Part shown: positions 10,633-21,615 of the stretch, one piece after another | How positions within the stretch are numbered: the stretch's first letter is position 1 | Layout: every line of letters begins with the position of its first letter | From: an uncultured delta proteobacterium | GTDB lineage: Bacteria; Myxococcota_A; UBA9160; SMWR01 | Length of the DNA stretch: 64,000 nucleotides | Reading direction: 5' to 3' | Assembly (NCBI GenBank): GCA_963832165.1 | Contig: CAWHTE010000008.1 | Coordinates: 70,250-134,249, forward strand | Program-made: the position numbers and the translations under genes | Notes under the pieces: model-generated | What the model saw: the letters and a program-made list of their open reading frames with translations, nothing else | What the model was told of the DNA's origin: nothing | Databases searched by the model: none

Positions 10633-11354
10633 CAGGCGGCCGCGACCTGCAGCAGCGCTTCGGTCACGGCCTTCGGCTCGGTGATCATGAGGTCGTGACC
10701 CGTGTCGATCGCCCAGAGCCGGCCCTCCGCGCGCGCCTTCGCGATCAGCTTCGGATCTCGCGTCGCCAGCGTGGACGTACACACGATGTGGTACTGGGGA
10801 ATCGACCACAGCGCCGCTTCGTTCGTGAGCTGCAGCGGCTGCTCGAAGCACGCCCAGGGATGGCCCGTGAGCCGCTCATTCATCCACATCACGTCGTCGG
10901 GGTCGTTCACGCCGTAGAACAGGCGCGGGTCGGTGTGCTCCGGGAGCAGCACGAGCTCGACACCGTCGATCACGCGGCCGGCGGGGCGCACGGCCTGGAT
11001 GACGGGCCCCGCGACGTCGACGAGCGACTGGCCGTTCCTCGGATTCGCGGCGTCCAGGTACACCAGGCGCCCCACGCGGTCGGTCGCGCGATCGGCCGCG
11101 CCCGTGATCACCATCCCGCCGTAGCTGTGGCCGACCAGGATCACGTCACGGAGGTCCTCGTAGTGCAAGAGCGCGGTGACGTCGCGGATGTGCAGGTCGA
11201 GATCGATGCCCCGGCGCAGCAGATGCGACCGCTCACCCAGCCCCGAGAGCGTCGGCGAGTACACCTCGTGTCCGGCCGCCTTCAGCAGCCGCGCGACGCG
11301 CTGATAGCACCAACCGCCGTGTCCCCCGCCGTGCACCAGGACGTATGTCGCCAT
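10632..11354 (-). CDS. Alpha/beta-fold hydrolase (esterase-like)
   Basis: HGGGHGGWCY, GHSYGG nucleophile elbow, TGHD catalytic His. Confidence 0.9.
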   Translation of the reverse strand: MATYVLVHGGGHGGWCYQRVARLLKAAGHEVYSPTLSGLGERSHLLRRGIDLDLHIRDVTALLHYEDLRDVILVGHSYGGMVITGAADRATDRVGRLVYLDAANPRNGQSLVDVAGPVIQAVRPAGRVIDGVELVLLPEHTDPRLFYGVNDPDDVMWMNERLTGHPWACFEQPLQLTNEAALWSIPQYHIVCTSTLATRDPKLIAKARAEGRLWAIDTGHDLMITEPKAVTEALLQVAAA

Positions 11355-11374
11355 GCTGCGATCCTCTCCTCTGC

Positions 11375-11411
11375 GAAAACGATCTTCTCACTTCTGGAGA
11401 TCAATACTATC
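11375..11411. promoter_or_regulatory. Tandem putative operator sites, 22-bp spacing
   Basis: GAAAACgatCTTCTC at 11375 and GAGATCaatACTATC at 11397, in the divergent hydrolase/P450 promoter. Confidence 0.45.
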
Positions 11412-11449
11412 CTACGCGACTTCCCACGGTGCGGAGACTGCGAGCGGAA

Positions 11450-12665
11450 ATGGCGACTCCTGACTCAGACGTCTACTACGACCCCTACGACTTCGAGATC
11501 GACGTCGATCCGTACCCGGTTTGGAAGCGGCTGCGCAACGAGCGACCGCTCTACACCAACGAGCGCTACGGATTCTTCGCGTTGAGCCGCTTCGAGGACG
11601 TCGAGCGCGGTCTGATCGACTGGGAGACGTTCATCTCGGGTCGCGGAACCATCCTCGAGCTGATCAAGGCGAACGTGAAGATGCCGCCCGGCATGGTGAT
11701 CTTCGAGGATCCGCCCAGCCACGAGATCTACCGCGGCCTGCTCTCCCGCGTGTTCACGCCGCGCAAGATGAATGCGATCGAGTCGAAGGTGCGGCGCTTC
11801 TGCGCGCAGTGCCTGGATCCGCTCGTCGGCGCGGGCCGCTTCGACTTCATCAAGGATCTCGGAGCGCAGATGCCGATGCGCACGATCGGCATGCTGCTCG
11901 GCATCCCCGAGCAGGACCAGGAGGCGCTGCGCGACAGCATGGACGAGCGCCTGCGGCTCTCCTCGGGCGAGATGCCCGACGCCGACGAGCTCTCCGATTC
12001 GCTGAATCGGGTCGGCGTCGAGGGCAGCTTCTCCGAGTACATCGAGTGGCGCGCGAAGCACCCCTCCGACGATCTGATGACCGAGCTCCTGAACGCGGAG
12101 TTCGAGGACCAGAACGGCACGCGGCGTCGCCTCACGCACCAGGAGGTGCTGTCGTACACCCGGCTGATCGCTTCGGCCGGCAACGAGACCACCACGCGGC
12201 TGATCGGGTGGGCTGGCAAGGTGCTGAGCGACCACCCCGATCAGCTTCGCGAGCTCGCGAAGAGCCCCGACCTGATCGCCAACACGATCGAGGAAGTGCT
12301 GCGCTTCGAGGCGCCTTCACCGGTCCAGGCGCGTTATGTCGCGAAGGATGTGGAGCTCTGCGGACAGGTCGTTCCGGAGGGCAGCGCGATGATGCTGCTG
12401 AACGGCTCGGCGAACCGCGACGAGCGCAAATTCCCGGACGCGCGATCGCTTCGACATCCGTCGCAAAATCGATCACCACCTCGCGTTCGGCTACGGCATC
12501 CACTTCTGCCTCGGCGCAGCGCTCGCGCGGCTCGAGGGCCGCGTCGCACTCGACGAAGTGCTGAAGCGCTTTCCGTTCTGGGAGGTCGACCGCGACCACG
12601 CGGTTCAGGCGCGCACCTCGACGGTGCGCGGCTGGGAGAGCCTTCCGGTCTTCACTGGGAAGTAG
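11450..12665 (+). CDS. Cytochrome P450 (resembles mycobacterial CYP189 from memory); frameshift near 12440
   Basis: AGNETT I-helix and EEVLR ExxR; the heme motif [10 protein letters not shown] lies in the next frame after ...KFPDA; ends [11 protein letters not shown]. Confidence 0.88.
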
Positions 12666-13407
12666 GCGCGGGGCGCGGCGTCGCCATCACGACGGGCATC
12701 GCCGTGGAAGCGCCTGCCCGCAAGATCGTGTCCACGATCACCACGAGGTCCTCGACATCCATGAGCGCGCCCGCGAGGTAGTTGCGCGCGCTCCAGATCG
12801 GAAAGAGCTCCGCGGCGAGCTTCATGTCCCAGCCCTCATTGAACTGGGTCCTCGAGTCGCCCTCGCCGCCCGCGCAGTCGCCGACGACGAGCCGCGTGAA
12901 TCCGATCCCGGGATGCTCGCCGCGCCACGCATCGACGAGCATGCCGAGCGCCGCCTTGCTCACCGCGTACGCGCCGAGACCGGGCCACGGCGGCGTGAGC
13001 TGGCCCGCGACCGACGAGAGGTAGATCGCCTTGCCGGCCGAAGCCGTGAGATGCGGAATCGCCGCGGCGGTGACGAGCGCCGCACCCGTGACGTTGGTGT
13101 CGAACACGCGCCGCCACGTCTCCGCATCGACGTCGACGAGCCGGTGGAGGGGTCCGATTGCGGGCGTGTACACGAGGCCGTCGATGCCTCCGAGACCCTG
13201 TGCGGCCTCCGCGATCGCGGAGCGGCACGACGCTTCGTCGGTGACGTCGCACTCGATCGCGAGCGATTCGGGTCCCGCCTCCTTCGCAGCATTCTCGAGC
13301 CTCGTTCGCCGTCTCGCGAGCAAGGCCACGCGCGCGCCGCGCTGGGCCAGGCCGATTCCGATGCAGCGCCCGAGCCCGCTCGAAGCGCCGATCACCACGA
13401 TTCGCAT
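12652..13407 (-). CDS. SDR oxidoreductase
   Basis: GASSGLG, YAVSK. Confidence 0.88.
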   Translation of the reverse strand: MRIVVIGASSGLGRCIGIGLAQRGARVALLARRRTRLENAAKEAGPESLAIECDVTDEASCRSAIAEAAQGLGGIDGLVYTPAIGPLHRLVDVDAETWRRVFDTNVTGAALVTAAAIPHLTASAGKAIYLSSVAGQLTPPWPGLGAYAVSKAALGMLVDAWRGEHPGIGFTRLVVGDCAGGEGDSRTQFNEGWDMKLAAELFPIWSARNYLAGALMDVEDLVVIVDTILRAGASTAMPVVMATPRPAPTSQ

Positions 13408-13419
13408 TCCCGATTCCCC

Positions 13420-15012
13420 CTACGTCCTGCCGCGTCGCGCCGCGCGCGCGCGCAGGATCTCCTTCTCGACCTTGCCCGCCGCATTGACGGGCAGCTCGGC
13501 CACGATCTCCACGGCGCGCGGCACCTTGTAGTTCGCCATCGCGTCGCGCGCCCACGCGATCAGATCCTCGGGCGCGAGCGTCGCGCCCGGAGCCAGCACC
13601 ACGAATGCCATCCCCACCTCGCCGAGCCGCTCGTCGGGCATGCCGACCACCGCGGCGCGGCTCACGGACGGATGGCCGAGCAACAGGCTCTCGATCTCGG
13701 CCGGATAGGCATTGAAGCCGCCGACGATGAACATGTCCTTCTTGCGTCCGACGATGCGCAGGCAGCCCCGCTCGTCGAACACGCCGAGGTCCCCCGTGTG
13801 CAGCCAACCGTCGGCGTCGATCGCGCGGGCGGTCTCGGTCGGATCGTCGAGATAGCCGCGCATCACGCTGTAGCCGCGCACGAGCACCTCGCCGGGCTCG
13901 CCCACGGGCCGCTCCACTCCTGCGTCGTCCGCGATGCGGATCTCGAGGCCGGGCCGGGCGCGACCCACGGTCGTGGCGATCGTCTCGAAATCGTCGTCGG
14001 GCCAGGTGCCCGTGACCGTTCCGGCCTCGGTCAAGCCGTAGCCGGTGTTGATCGATTGAAACCGCAGCTCCTCGCGCATGCGGCGGATCAGGTCGACGGG
14101 AATGTCGGCCGCGCCCGTCACGGCGATGCGCAGCGACGAGAGGTCGAAGCGAGCTCGCGCGGGGTGGTCGAGGACCGACTGGAACAGCGTCGGCGGACCC
14201 GCGAGCACCGTCACCGACTCGGCGCTGATCGTGCGCAGCACGTCTTCGACATCGAACACGGCCTTGGGAAGGATCGCCGCACCGCGCATGAGCGACGTGA
14301 GCCAACCGGCCTTGTAGCCGAACATGTGGAAGAAGGGATTGACGACGATGTAGCGATCGCCGGCCGTGAGCCCGGTCATGTCGCACCAGTCGGAGAACTG
14401 CCGGAGCGTCTGCGCGTGCGTCATCAGCACACCCTTCGGTGCGCCGGTGGTCCCCGACGTGAACAGCACGTCGCAGATATCGTCGGGCCCCACCCCGCCG
14501 ATGCGAGCATCGAGATCTGCGTCACCGATCCGCTCTCCGCGGCGCACGAACGACTCGAGCGAGTGGTCGACGTGCGATGCGCCGTCTAGGCCGATCACGA
14601 GCTCGAGGCTCGGCAGCTGTGGGCGCAGCTCGGAGAGCGTCGCCGCGTAGTTCATGCCCAGGAACTCGCCGACCGTGAACGCCACGCGCGCGCGGCTGCG
14701 CTCGAGGATGTGGCTGACCTCTTTTCCCTTGAATCGCGTGTTCACGGGCACGATCGCCGCGCCGGCGCCCTGCGCTCCGAGCGCCGCGACCACCCACTCG
14801 TATCGGTTGGGGGCCCATACCGCGACGCGCTCGCCGCGCTCGATACCGCACGCGAGCAGCGCCGCCGTCACGCGGCGATAGTCCGCGACGAGCTGGCCGA
14901 AGCTCATGCGCCGGGAACCGTCCACGACGGCTTCTGCCGAGCCGAAGCGTTTCGCGGCATCGGCGGCCAGCGCGGGAATGCTCGCCCACAGTAGGTCGCC
15001 TCTCGTCGTCAT
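13420..15012 (-). CDS. Acyl-CoA ligase (FadD3-like)
   Basis: FTSGTTGAPKG, NPFFHMFGYKAG, GYGLTE, TGDLG, GRKKDMFIVGGFNAYPAEIE. Confidence 0.9.
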   Translation of the reverse strand: MTTRGDLLWASIPALAADAAKRFGSAEAVVDGSRRMSFGQLVADYRRVTAALLACGIERGERVAVWAPNRYEWVVAALGAQGAGAAIVPVNTRFKGKEVSHILERSRARVAFTVGEFLGMNYAATLSELRPQLPSLELVIGLDGASHVDHSLESFVRRGERIGDADLDARIGGVGPDDICDVLFTSGTTGAPKGVLMTHAQTLRQFSDWCDMTGLTAGDRYIVVNPFFHMFGYKAGWLTSLMRGAAILPKAVFDVEDVLRTISAESVTVLAGPPTLFQSVLDHPARARFDLSSLRIAVTGAADIPVDLIRRMREELRFQSINTGYGLTEAGTVTGTWPDDDFETIATTVGRARPGLEIRIADDAGVERPVGEPGEVLVRGYSVMRGYLDDPTETARAIDADGWLHTGDLGVFDERGCLRIVGRKKDMFIVGGFNAYPAEIESLLLGHPSVSRAAVVGMPDERLGEVGMAFVVLAPGATLAPEDLIAWARDAMANYKVPRAVEIVAELPVNAAGKVEKEILRARAARRGRT

Positions 15013-15992
15013 GCGCGCCGTCCGATCACTTCGGCAATCACCTGCTCGGCCACGCGCTGCGGATCGAATACGCCGTGCGCCTGCTCGCGGACGATCGCAT
15101 CGAAGCGCGGGCTGCGACAGCACTCCTCCGCGAGGCGACCGAGCTGCGCCCGGACCCGTTCCCGGATCTCGTTGCGCACGCGCTCGGACCGTCGCCGTTC
15201 GAGGGCGCCCGTCTCGATCCCGTGAGCCCGGTGCGCGCGGATCGCCTCCCAGAGCTGCTCGACCCCCTCGCCTGTCGTGGCCACCGTCTGCACGATCGGC
15301 GGCGTCCAGGGCGCGACCTGCGAGAGCTCGAGCATCGCCTCGAGATCCTTCACCGCGGTGTCCGCGCCCGCGCGATCCGCCTTGTTCACGACGAACACGT
15401 CGGCGACTTCGAGCAGTCCGGCCTTGTTCGCCTGCACGCCGTCGCCCCAGCCCGGGCTCACGACGACGATCGCGGTGTCGGTGGCGCCCGCGATGTCGAT
15501 CTCCACCTGCCCGACGCCGACCGTCTCCACGAGGATCCACGGCGTTCCGCTCGCGCCGAGCACGCGGATCGCCTGCGGTGCGGCCGCGGCAAGACCGCCC
15601 AGCTGTCCGCGCGTCGCCATCGAGCGGATGAACACACCGGGATCGGTGGCGTGTGCGCCCATGCGCACGCGGTCGCCCAGGATCGCACCGCCCGTGCGCG
15701 GGCTCGAAGGGTCGATCGCGAGCACCGCCACGGATTCGCCGCGCGCGCGAACGGCCGCGATCATGCGATCCGTGAGCGTGGACTTGCCGACTCCGGGCGC
15801 GCCCGTGATGCCGATCGCGTAGGCCTGCCCGTCGCCGGCGAGCGACGCGAGTGCCGCGTGGGCCAACTCGTCACCGGCCTCGACGAGCGACAAGAGACGC
15901 GCGACGCAGGCGCGCTCGCCGCGCCGAACGCCCTCGGCAAGCGCCGCAGCATCGAGACCCGCACGCGGCAACCGCTTCTCCTGCCGGGTCAA
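15009..15992 (-). CDS. meaB: B12-mutase-associated GTPase chaperone MeaB
   Basis: GAPGVGKST P-loop, DPSSPRTGGAILGDRVRM, ETVGVGQ, NKAD; start approximate (TTG at 15992). Confidence 0.92.
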   Translation of the reverse strand: MTRQEKRLPRAGLDAAALAEGVRRGERACVARLLSLVEAGDELAHAALASLAGDGQAYAIGITGAPGVGKSTLTDRMIAAVRARGESVAVLAIDPSSPRTGGAILGDRVRMGAHATDPGVFIRSMATRGQLGGLAAAAPQAIRVLGASGTPWILVETVGVGQVEIDIAGATDTAIVVVSPGWGDGVQANKAGLLEVADVFVVNKADRAGADTAVKDLEAMLELSQVAPWTPPIVQTVATTGEGVEQLWEAIRAHRAHGIETGALERRRSERVRNEIRERVRAQLGRLAEECCRSPRFDAIVREQAHGVFDPQRVAEQVIAEVIGRRA

Positions 15993-16052
15993 TGACGACT
16001 CGCGACCTCGCACGTGCACCGCAGCGGGCGTCCGCCTGACTGGTGTCGCTGT

Positions 16053-16088
16053 GAAAACGGGCTTACAGTATCTGAGAATGTCATTCTC
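16053..16088. promoter_or_regulatory. Perfect operator-like palindrome GAGAATgtcATTCTC plus a weaker upstream site
   Basis: 16074-16088 is a perfect 6-3-6 inverted repeat; GAAAACgggCTTACA at 16053; lies between divergent meaB and ACAD genes. Confidence 0.65.
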
Positions 16089-17258
16089 CGACAAGGGCGC
16101 GCCTCCTCCCGCTGCGCTTGCCGACTACCGCACCCAGCTCCACGCCTGGCTCGACGCGCACCACGAGGAGCTCGCGCCTCGGTTCGCTCCACCCGGAACG
16201 CTCGACGAACACGTCGCGCAGATGCAGCGCGTGAAATCGATCTTGTTCGAAGCCGGCTGGATGCAGTGCGGATGGCCGGAGCGCGTCGGCGGACGCGGTG
16301 GCGCCCCGATGCTGCGAACGGAGCTCGGCGCGGCGATCGCGGGCCGCGACTACGTCGATCCGGGGATCTACTCGCTGGTCGAAGTGCTCGCGCCGACCAT
16401 GATCGACTTCGCGCCGCCCGAGCTCGCGGCAGAGATGGTTCCGCGCCTGCTCTCGGGCGCCGAGATGTGGTGCCAGGGCTTCTCGGAGCCGGGCTCGGGC
16501 AGCGACCTCGCGTCGCTCTCGTGCCGCGCCGTGCCGGACGGCGACTGCGCGCACCGCGTCGAGCTGGGTGATCAAGGGGCAGAAGGTCTGGACGAGCCTG
16601 GCCCAGTACTCCGACCGCTGCGTGCTCCTCACGCGCACGGGAGCTGCCGACTCGCGCCACCGCGGGATCACCGCGTTCTTCGTCGACATGGAAACGCCCG
16701 GCATCACCGTGGCGCCTCTCGAGATGATCAACGGCGACCACGAGTTCGCCGAGGTGTTCTTCGACGACGTCGTGGTCCCGGCCGATCGGATGCTCGGCGA
16801 GCTCGACGGCGGCTGGGCGGTGGCGATGAGCATCCTCCCGTACGAGCGCTCGTCGTGCTTCTGGCAGAAGATCGCGTGGCTCTACCGGCGCCTGCAGAGA
16901 CTCGTCGATGTCGCGCCCGACGACGATCGGGCGGCGGAAGTCGTCGGCAACGCGTTCGTGCAGCTCCACGCGCTGCGAGCCCGCTCGCGCGTCACGCAGC
17001 ACCGACTCGCGAGCGGGAGCCACGCTGGGTGCGGAGACCTCGATCGACAAGGTGCTCGTGGCGACCGCCGAGCAGGTGACCTACGACGCCGTCCGCCGGC
17101 TTCTGCCCGGCGCGATCGAGATGGACGACAGCGGATCCGGTGAGGTGTGGCGCAGCGAGTACCTGTATTCGCGCGCCGCCACGATCTACGGCGGTACCGC
17201 GGAAGTGCAGCGCAACATCATCGCCCGCCGGCTGCTCGACCTCGGGAGCGCCGAATGA
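16078..17258 (+). CDS. Acyl-CoA dehydrogenase (heteromeric-pair subunit); frameshifts near 16560 and 17025
   Basis: WCQGFSEPGSGSDL, GQKVWTS, FAEVFFDDV and IYGGTAEVQRNIIA spread over three frames. Confidence 0.85.
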
Positions 17259-18235
17259 TCGACGCCTCCGAACGGGCGCTGCTGGAAGAGACGGTGCGCA
17301 AGGCGATAGCGAACGCGAACGCGACCGCTGACGGCGGTAGCGCGATCGATGCGGTTCTCGCGCAGCTCGGTTGGCTCGAGATGCTCGATGCCGAGCCGCG
17401 CGACGCCATCGACATCGTGTTCAGCGCGCTCGGCGCCGCCAACGCCACCGCATCGGTACTCGACGACGTGGTCGCGTCGGCGCTCGATACGGCGCCGGAT
17501 GCCGACGTCGCCGTGCTCTTCCCTTCGTTTGCCGCCTGGGATCGCCCCGGACAGATCGACCGCGACCAGCTCAACGCGCGCGGACTCGCCACGGCGCGCG
17601 TCGCCACGGCGAGCGCGCTGCTCGTCGCGTGCACACGGGGCACGGACCCGTGGATCGCCACGGTGCCGATCGCGGACGTGGAGGTCACCGCGGTGCACGG
17701 GATCGATCCCGACGCGGGCCTGCGCACCGTGCGCGTGTCAGGGCGCCACCGCGGACGCGAGGCGCCTCGAGGTCGACGCGTGGGAGCTCGCCGTCGCGCT
17801 CGGGCGGCGCGCCGTCTCGCACCAGATCTCGGGAGCCAGCCGCGCCGATGCTCGACCTGGCGCGCACCCACGCGATCGAGCGAGTTCAGTTCGGCCAACC
17901 GATCGCGCGTTTCCAGGCGGTGCGCCACCGACTCGCAGAAGCGCTCGTGGCGGTGGAGGCGCTCGAGGCGACCCTGACCGCGGCCGCAGACGAGCCGAAC
18001 CCCGACACCGCGGCGCTCGCCAAGGCCGTCGCGGGACGGACGGCCAGGACCGTCGCCGCGCACTGCCAGCAGGTGCTCGCAGGCATCGGCTTCACCACCG
18101 AGCATCCCTTCCACCGCTTCCTCAAGCGGACCCTGCTGCTCGAAGGGCTGTTCGGATCCAGCGACGAGTATCGTGCTCGATGTGGGACGCCGACTGCTCG
18201 CGACCCGCACGGTGCCCAACCTGATCGAGCTCTGA
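17255..18235 (+). CDS. Acyl-CoA dehydrogenase partner subunit; frameshifts near 17745, 17845 and 18170
   Basis: ATGA overlap with the upstream ACAD; ERVQFGQPIARFQAVRH, QVLAGIGFTTEH; ends TVPNLIEL*. Confidence 0.78.
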
Positions 18236-18258
18236 CCCATGACCAAGGGAGCCATGCT

Positions 18259-19524
18259 GTGAGCGACTTCGACACCATCGACTTCTTCCGCGCCGACTCG
18301 CTGCTCGTCGATCCGTACCCTTATTTCGCCTATCTGCGCGAGAAGGGTCCGGTGTGGCGCGAACCGCATCACGGCGTCGTGCTCGTGACCGGATACGAAG
18401 AGGCAGTCGCGGTGTATCGCGATCCCGACACCTTCTCGTCGTGCAACTCCGTGAGCGGTCCGTTCCCGGGTTTTCCGGTCCCGCTCGAGGGCGACGATGT
18501 CAGCGCTCTGATCGAGAAGCACCGCGATCAGCTGCCCTTCAGCGACCAGATCACGACGATGGATCCGCCCAAGCACGCGGATCACCGCGCGCTCTTGATG
18601 AAGCTGATCACCCCGAAGCGCCTGAAGGAGAACGAGGCGTTCATGTGGCGGCTCGCCGATCGCGTGATCGACGAGTTCCTCGCCAAGGGCGAGTGCGAGT
18701 TCATCGGCGAGTTCGCGACACCGTTCTCGCTGCTCGTGATCGCCGATCTGCTCGGTGTGCCCGAGGAAGACCACGCCACCTTCCGGGCCCGCATGCACCG
18801 CCAGACGCTCGGGAGCACCGGCGGCACCAAGATGGAGCACCACCCGCTCGAGTTCCTCTATCAGCGCTTCACGGCCTACGTCGAGGAGCGCCGTCGCGAG
18901 CCGCGCGCCGACGTGCTCACGGGGATGGCGCTCGCCAAGTTCCCGGACGGCTCCACGCCCGAGGTGATCGACGTCGTCCGCATCGCCGCGAACCTGTTCG
19001 CGGCCGGCCAGGAAACCACCGTGCGCCTGCTCGGCGCGGCGCTGCAGTTCATCGGCGAGCGCCCCGATCTCCAGAAGCAGCTGCGCGAGGACCGCGGCCG
19101 CATTCTGAACTTCGTCGAGGAGACGCTGCGGATCGAGAGCCCGGTCAAGGGCGACTTCCGGCTCTCGCGCGTGCCCACGAAGATCGGCGGCGTCCAGATC
19201 CCGGCCGGCACGATCGTGATGGTCCTGAACGGCGCCGCAAGCCGAGACCCGCGCCGGTTCGAGAGCCCCGACGAGTTCCGCATCGATCGCACCAACGCGC
19301 GCGAACATCTCGCGTTCGGGCAGGGCGTCCACACTTGTCCCGGAGCGCCGCTCGCGCGCGCCGAGGCGCGCGTGGGACTCGAGCGTCTGCTCGACCGCAT
19401 GGCCGACATCCGCATCTCGGAGACCGAGCACGGCCCGGCGGGCCACCGCCGCTACGACTACATGCCGACCTACATCCTGCGCGGCGTGCAGAAGCTGTGC
19501 CTGGAGTTCACGCCCATCCACTAG
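18259..19524 (+). CDS. Cytochrome P450 (resembles mycobacterial CYP150 from memory)
   Basis: GTG start (SDFDTIDFF), AAGQETT, EETLR, FGQGVHTCPG heme motif. Confidence 0.92.
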   Translation: MSDFDTIDFFRADSLLVDPYPYFAYLREKGPVWREPHHGVVLVTGYEEAVAVYRDPDTFSSCNSVSGPFPGFPVPLEGDDVSALIEKHRDQLPFSDQITTMDPPKHADHRALLMKLITPKRLKENEAFMWRLADRVIDEFLAKGECEFIGEFATPFSLLVIADLLGVPEEDHATFRARMHRQTLGSTGGTKMEHHPLEFLYQRFTAYVEERRREPRADVLTGMALAKFPDGSTPEVIDVVRIAANLFAAGQETTVRLLGAALQFIGERPDLQKQLREDRGRILNFVEETLRIESPVKGDFRLSRVPTKIGGVQIPAGTIVMVLNGAASRDPRRFESPDEFRIDRTNAREHLAFGQGVHTCPGAPLARAEARVGLERLLDRMADIRISETEHGPAGHRRYDYMPTYILRGVQKLCLEFTPIH

Positions 19525-19681
19525 CGAGCCGCGTTCTCGGCACAGCAGAGCTCAGCGGTCTCCCGCGGACGGCAGATGCGCATGCGAGTTATAGCGGGAA
19601 AGCAGGCGGCGCCGTCGAGGCGCCGAGCTCGATCGCGTCAAGGCGCGAGCGTGGACACTTCGACGAGGTCGCGGGGTCCAA

Positions 19682-20453
19682 CTAGCGCTTGAGGAAACGC
19701 TCCACGTTCGCGCGCAGCTCGGGCATGTCGAAGGACTCGGTCTCGGCGGACATCGCGAAGTCGATCGTGGCCAGCACCGAGCGCTCGACGTGCAGGTTCA
19801 GCACGCGCTTGGTGGCCTCCACGGCCTGGCGCGGCAGCGCGGCGATCTTGTGGGCGGCCTTGAGCGCCGCGGGCAGCACCTCGCCATCCGGGCACACGTG
19901 ATTGGCCAGGCCGATCTGCGCCGCTCGCGCCGCAGTGATGCGATCTCCCGTGAACGCGTACTCCTTGGCCAGGAGCAGGCTCGTGTGGAGCGGCCACGTG
20001 AGCGGACCACCGTCAGCCGCCACGAGACCCACCATCACGTGCGGATCCGAGAGGTAGGCCGACTCCGCCATGTAGACGACGTCGGAGAGCGCGATCACGC
20101 TGCAGCCGAGCCCGACGGCCGGTCCGTTGACCGCGGCCACCACGGGGACTCGGCAGCGGATCATGTTGAGCACGATCTCGCGCCCTTCCGCGATCACGCT
20201 TTTCCGCAGCGCGCGATCATCGGACATCCGCTGCAGCAGATCGAAGTCGCCGCCGGCCGAGAACGCGCGCCCTTCGCCCGTGATCACCGCGACGCGCGCA
20301 TCGGAGTCGGCGCTGAGCTGCGGGAAGACCTGGGCCAGTCCGCGATGCAGCTCGTCGTTCACGGCGTTGAGCTGCCTCGGGGCGCGACAGGCGCACGATC
20401 CGTACCGGTCCGTCGGCCTCGACGCGAATCACGTCGGGCAGGGAGTAGTTCAT
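19682..20453 (-). CDS. Enoyl-CoA hydratase/isomerase; frameshift near 20375
   Basis: N-terminus VRIVRLSRP joins LNAVN..., AFSAGGD, AVNGPAVGLG, VGLVAADGG. Confidence 0.87.
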
Positions 20454-20481
20454 CGGAGCTCCTTCCGCGTTCGCGGTTCCG

Positions 20482-21615
20482 TCAGGCCATCGGCAGGCCG
20501 AGGATCCGCGTGGCGATGATGTTCTTCTGGATCTGCGAGGTGCCGCCCATCACGCTCTGCGCGCGACTGTACAGGTAGGTCTTCAGCGCGACATCCTCGC
20601 CGTCGATCGCCGCGCGGGGACCGGACACCGCCAGCGCCGCGGCGCCCACCGTCTGCTCGACCCAGGTCATCAGGAGCTTGTCGATCGACCCGCCCGGCCC
20701 GTGATCGATCCCGTCGTGGCGCTCCGACAGCCGCCGGCACACGTGCAGCCGCAGCATCTCCGCCTGCACGTGCGCCCACGCGACGGATTCGCGCTGGTCG
20801 CTCCGGAACGCGCGCGGGTTCGCGCGCACCGCGCGCTCGAGCTCCTTCACCGTCTTCGCGTAGCGCGCCACGTAGCCGAGCTCACCGGGCTCGCGCTCGT
20901 GGCTCACGATCGTCATCGCGACGCGCCATCCCTCACCCGGCTCGCCGATCATGTAGGCCGCGGACGCGCGCGCGCCATCGAAGATCACCTGCCCGAACTC
21001 GCTCGTGATGCCGTTGATCATGCGCAGCGGGCGCTGCTCGATGCCCGCCTGGCGCATCGGGACCGCAAACGCGGTGATGCCCTTGTGCTTGGGCACACCC
21101 GGATCGGTGCGCGCGAGCAGGAAGCACCACTCGGCGACGTCGGAGTAGCTCGTCCAGATCTTGTGGCCGTTGATCACGTAGTCGTCGCCGTCGCGCGTCG
21201 CCGTGGTGCGCAGCGCCGCGAGGTCGGATCCGGCATCGGGCTCGCTGAAGCCCTGACACCAGCGCTCGCGTCCGCTGATGATCCCCGGCAGGAACCGGTC
21301 CTTGATCGCGTCGCTGCCGTGCACGGCGATGCCCTGCACGAGGTAGCCCAGGCTCGGGCGCGGCGGCGCACCCGCCGCGGCGAGCTCGTCGTCGACGATC
21401 ACGTCGAACACGGAGGGCAGCTCGTGCCCGCCGTACCGCTTCGGAAAGGAGAGCCCGAAGAAGCCGGCGTCGTAGAGCGCGGTGTGCCACTCCGCCTGGC
21501 GAGCCCAGTACTCGTCGTCGGTCGACGAGGTCGGCAGACCCGGATTGTTCGCGGCCACCCATGCGCGCAGGCGCGCTCTGAATTCCGCTTCCGCGGGCGA
21601 ATCACGAAAGTCCAT
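20482..21615 (-). CDS. Acyl-CoA dehydrogenase (heteromeric-pair subunit)
   Basis: WCQGFSEPDAGSDL, GHKIWTS, MGGTSQIQKNIIA. Confidence 0.92.
   Translation of the reverse strand: MDFRDSPAEAEFRARLRAWVAANNPGLPTSSTDDEYWARQAEWHTALYDAGFFGLSFPKRYGGHELPSVFDVIVDDELAAAGAPPRPSLGYLVQGIAVHGSDAIKDRFLPGIISGRERWCQGFSEPDAGSDLAALRTTATRDGDDYVINGHKIWTSYSDVAEWCFLLARTDPGVPKHKGITAFAVPMRQAGIEQRPLRMINGITSEFGQVIFDGARASAAYMIGEPGEGWRVAMTIVSHEREPGELGYVARYAKTVKELERAVRANPRAFRSDQRESVAWAHVQAEMLRLHVCRRLSERHDGIDHGPGGSIDKLLMTWVEQTVGAAALAVSGPRAAIDGEDVALKTYLYSRAQSVMGGTSQIQKNIIATRILGLPMA

Noticed and set aside
16074..16088. Fur box
   Set aside because: Half-sites are similar but the spacer is 3 bp, and the regulated genes are catabolic, not iron uptake. 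Not fully excluded.
17371..19524. ACAD-P450 fusion protein (717-aa ORF)
   Set aside because: Artefact of frameshifts in the ACAD gene; the ACAD ends at 18235 in another frame and the P450 has its own start at 18259.
19525..19681. 157-bp gap between convergent genes as a possible sRNA
   Set aside because: No clear promoter, terminator or known RNA motif.
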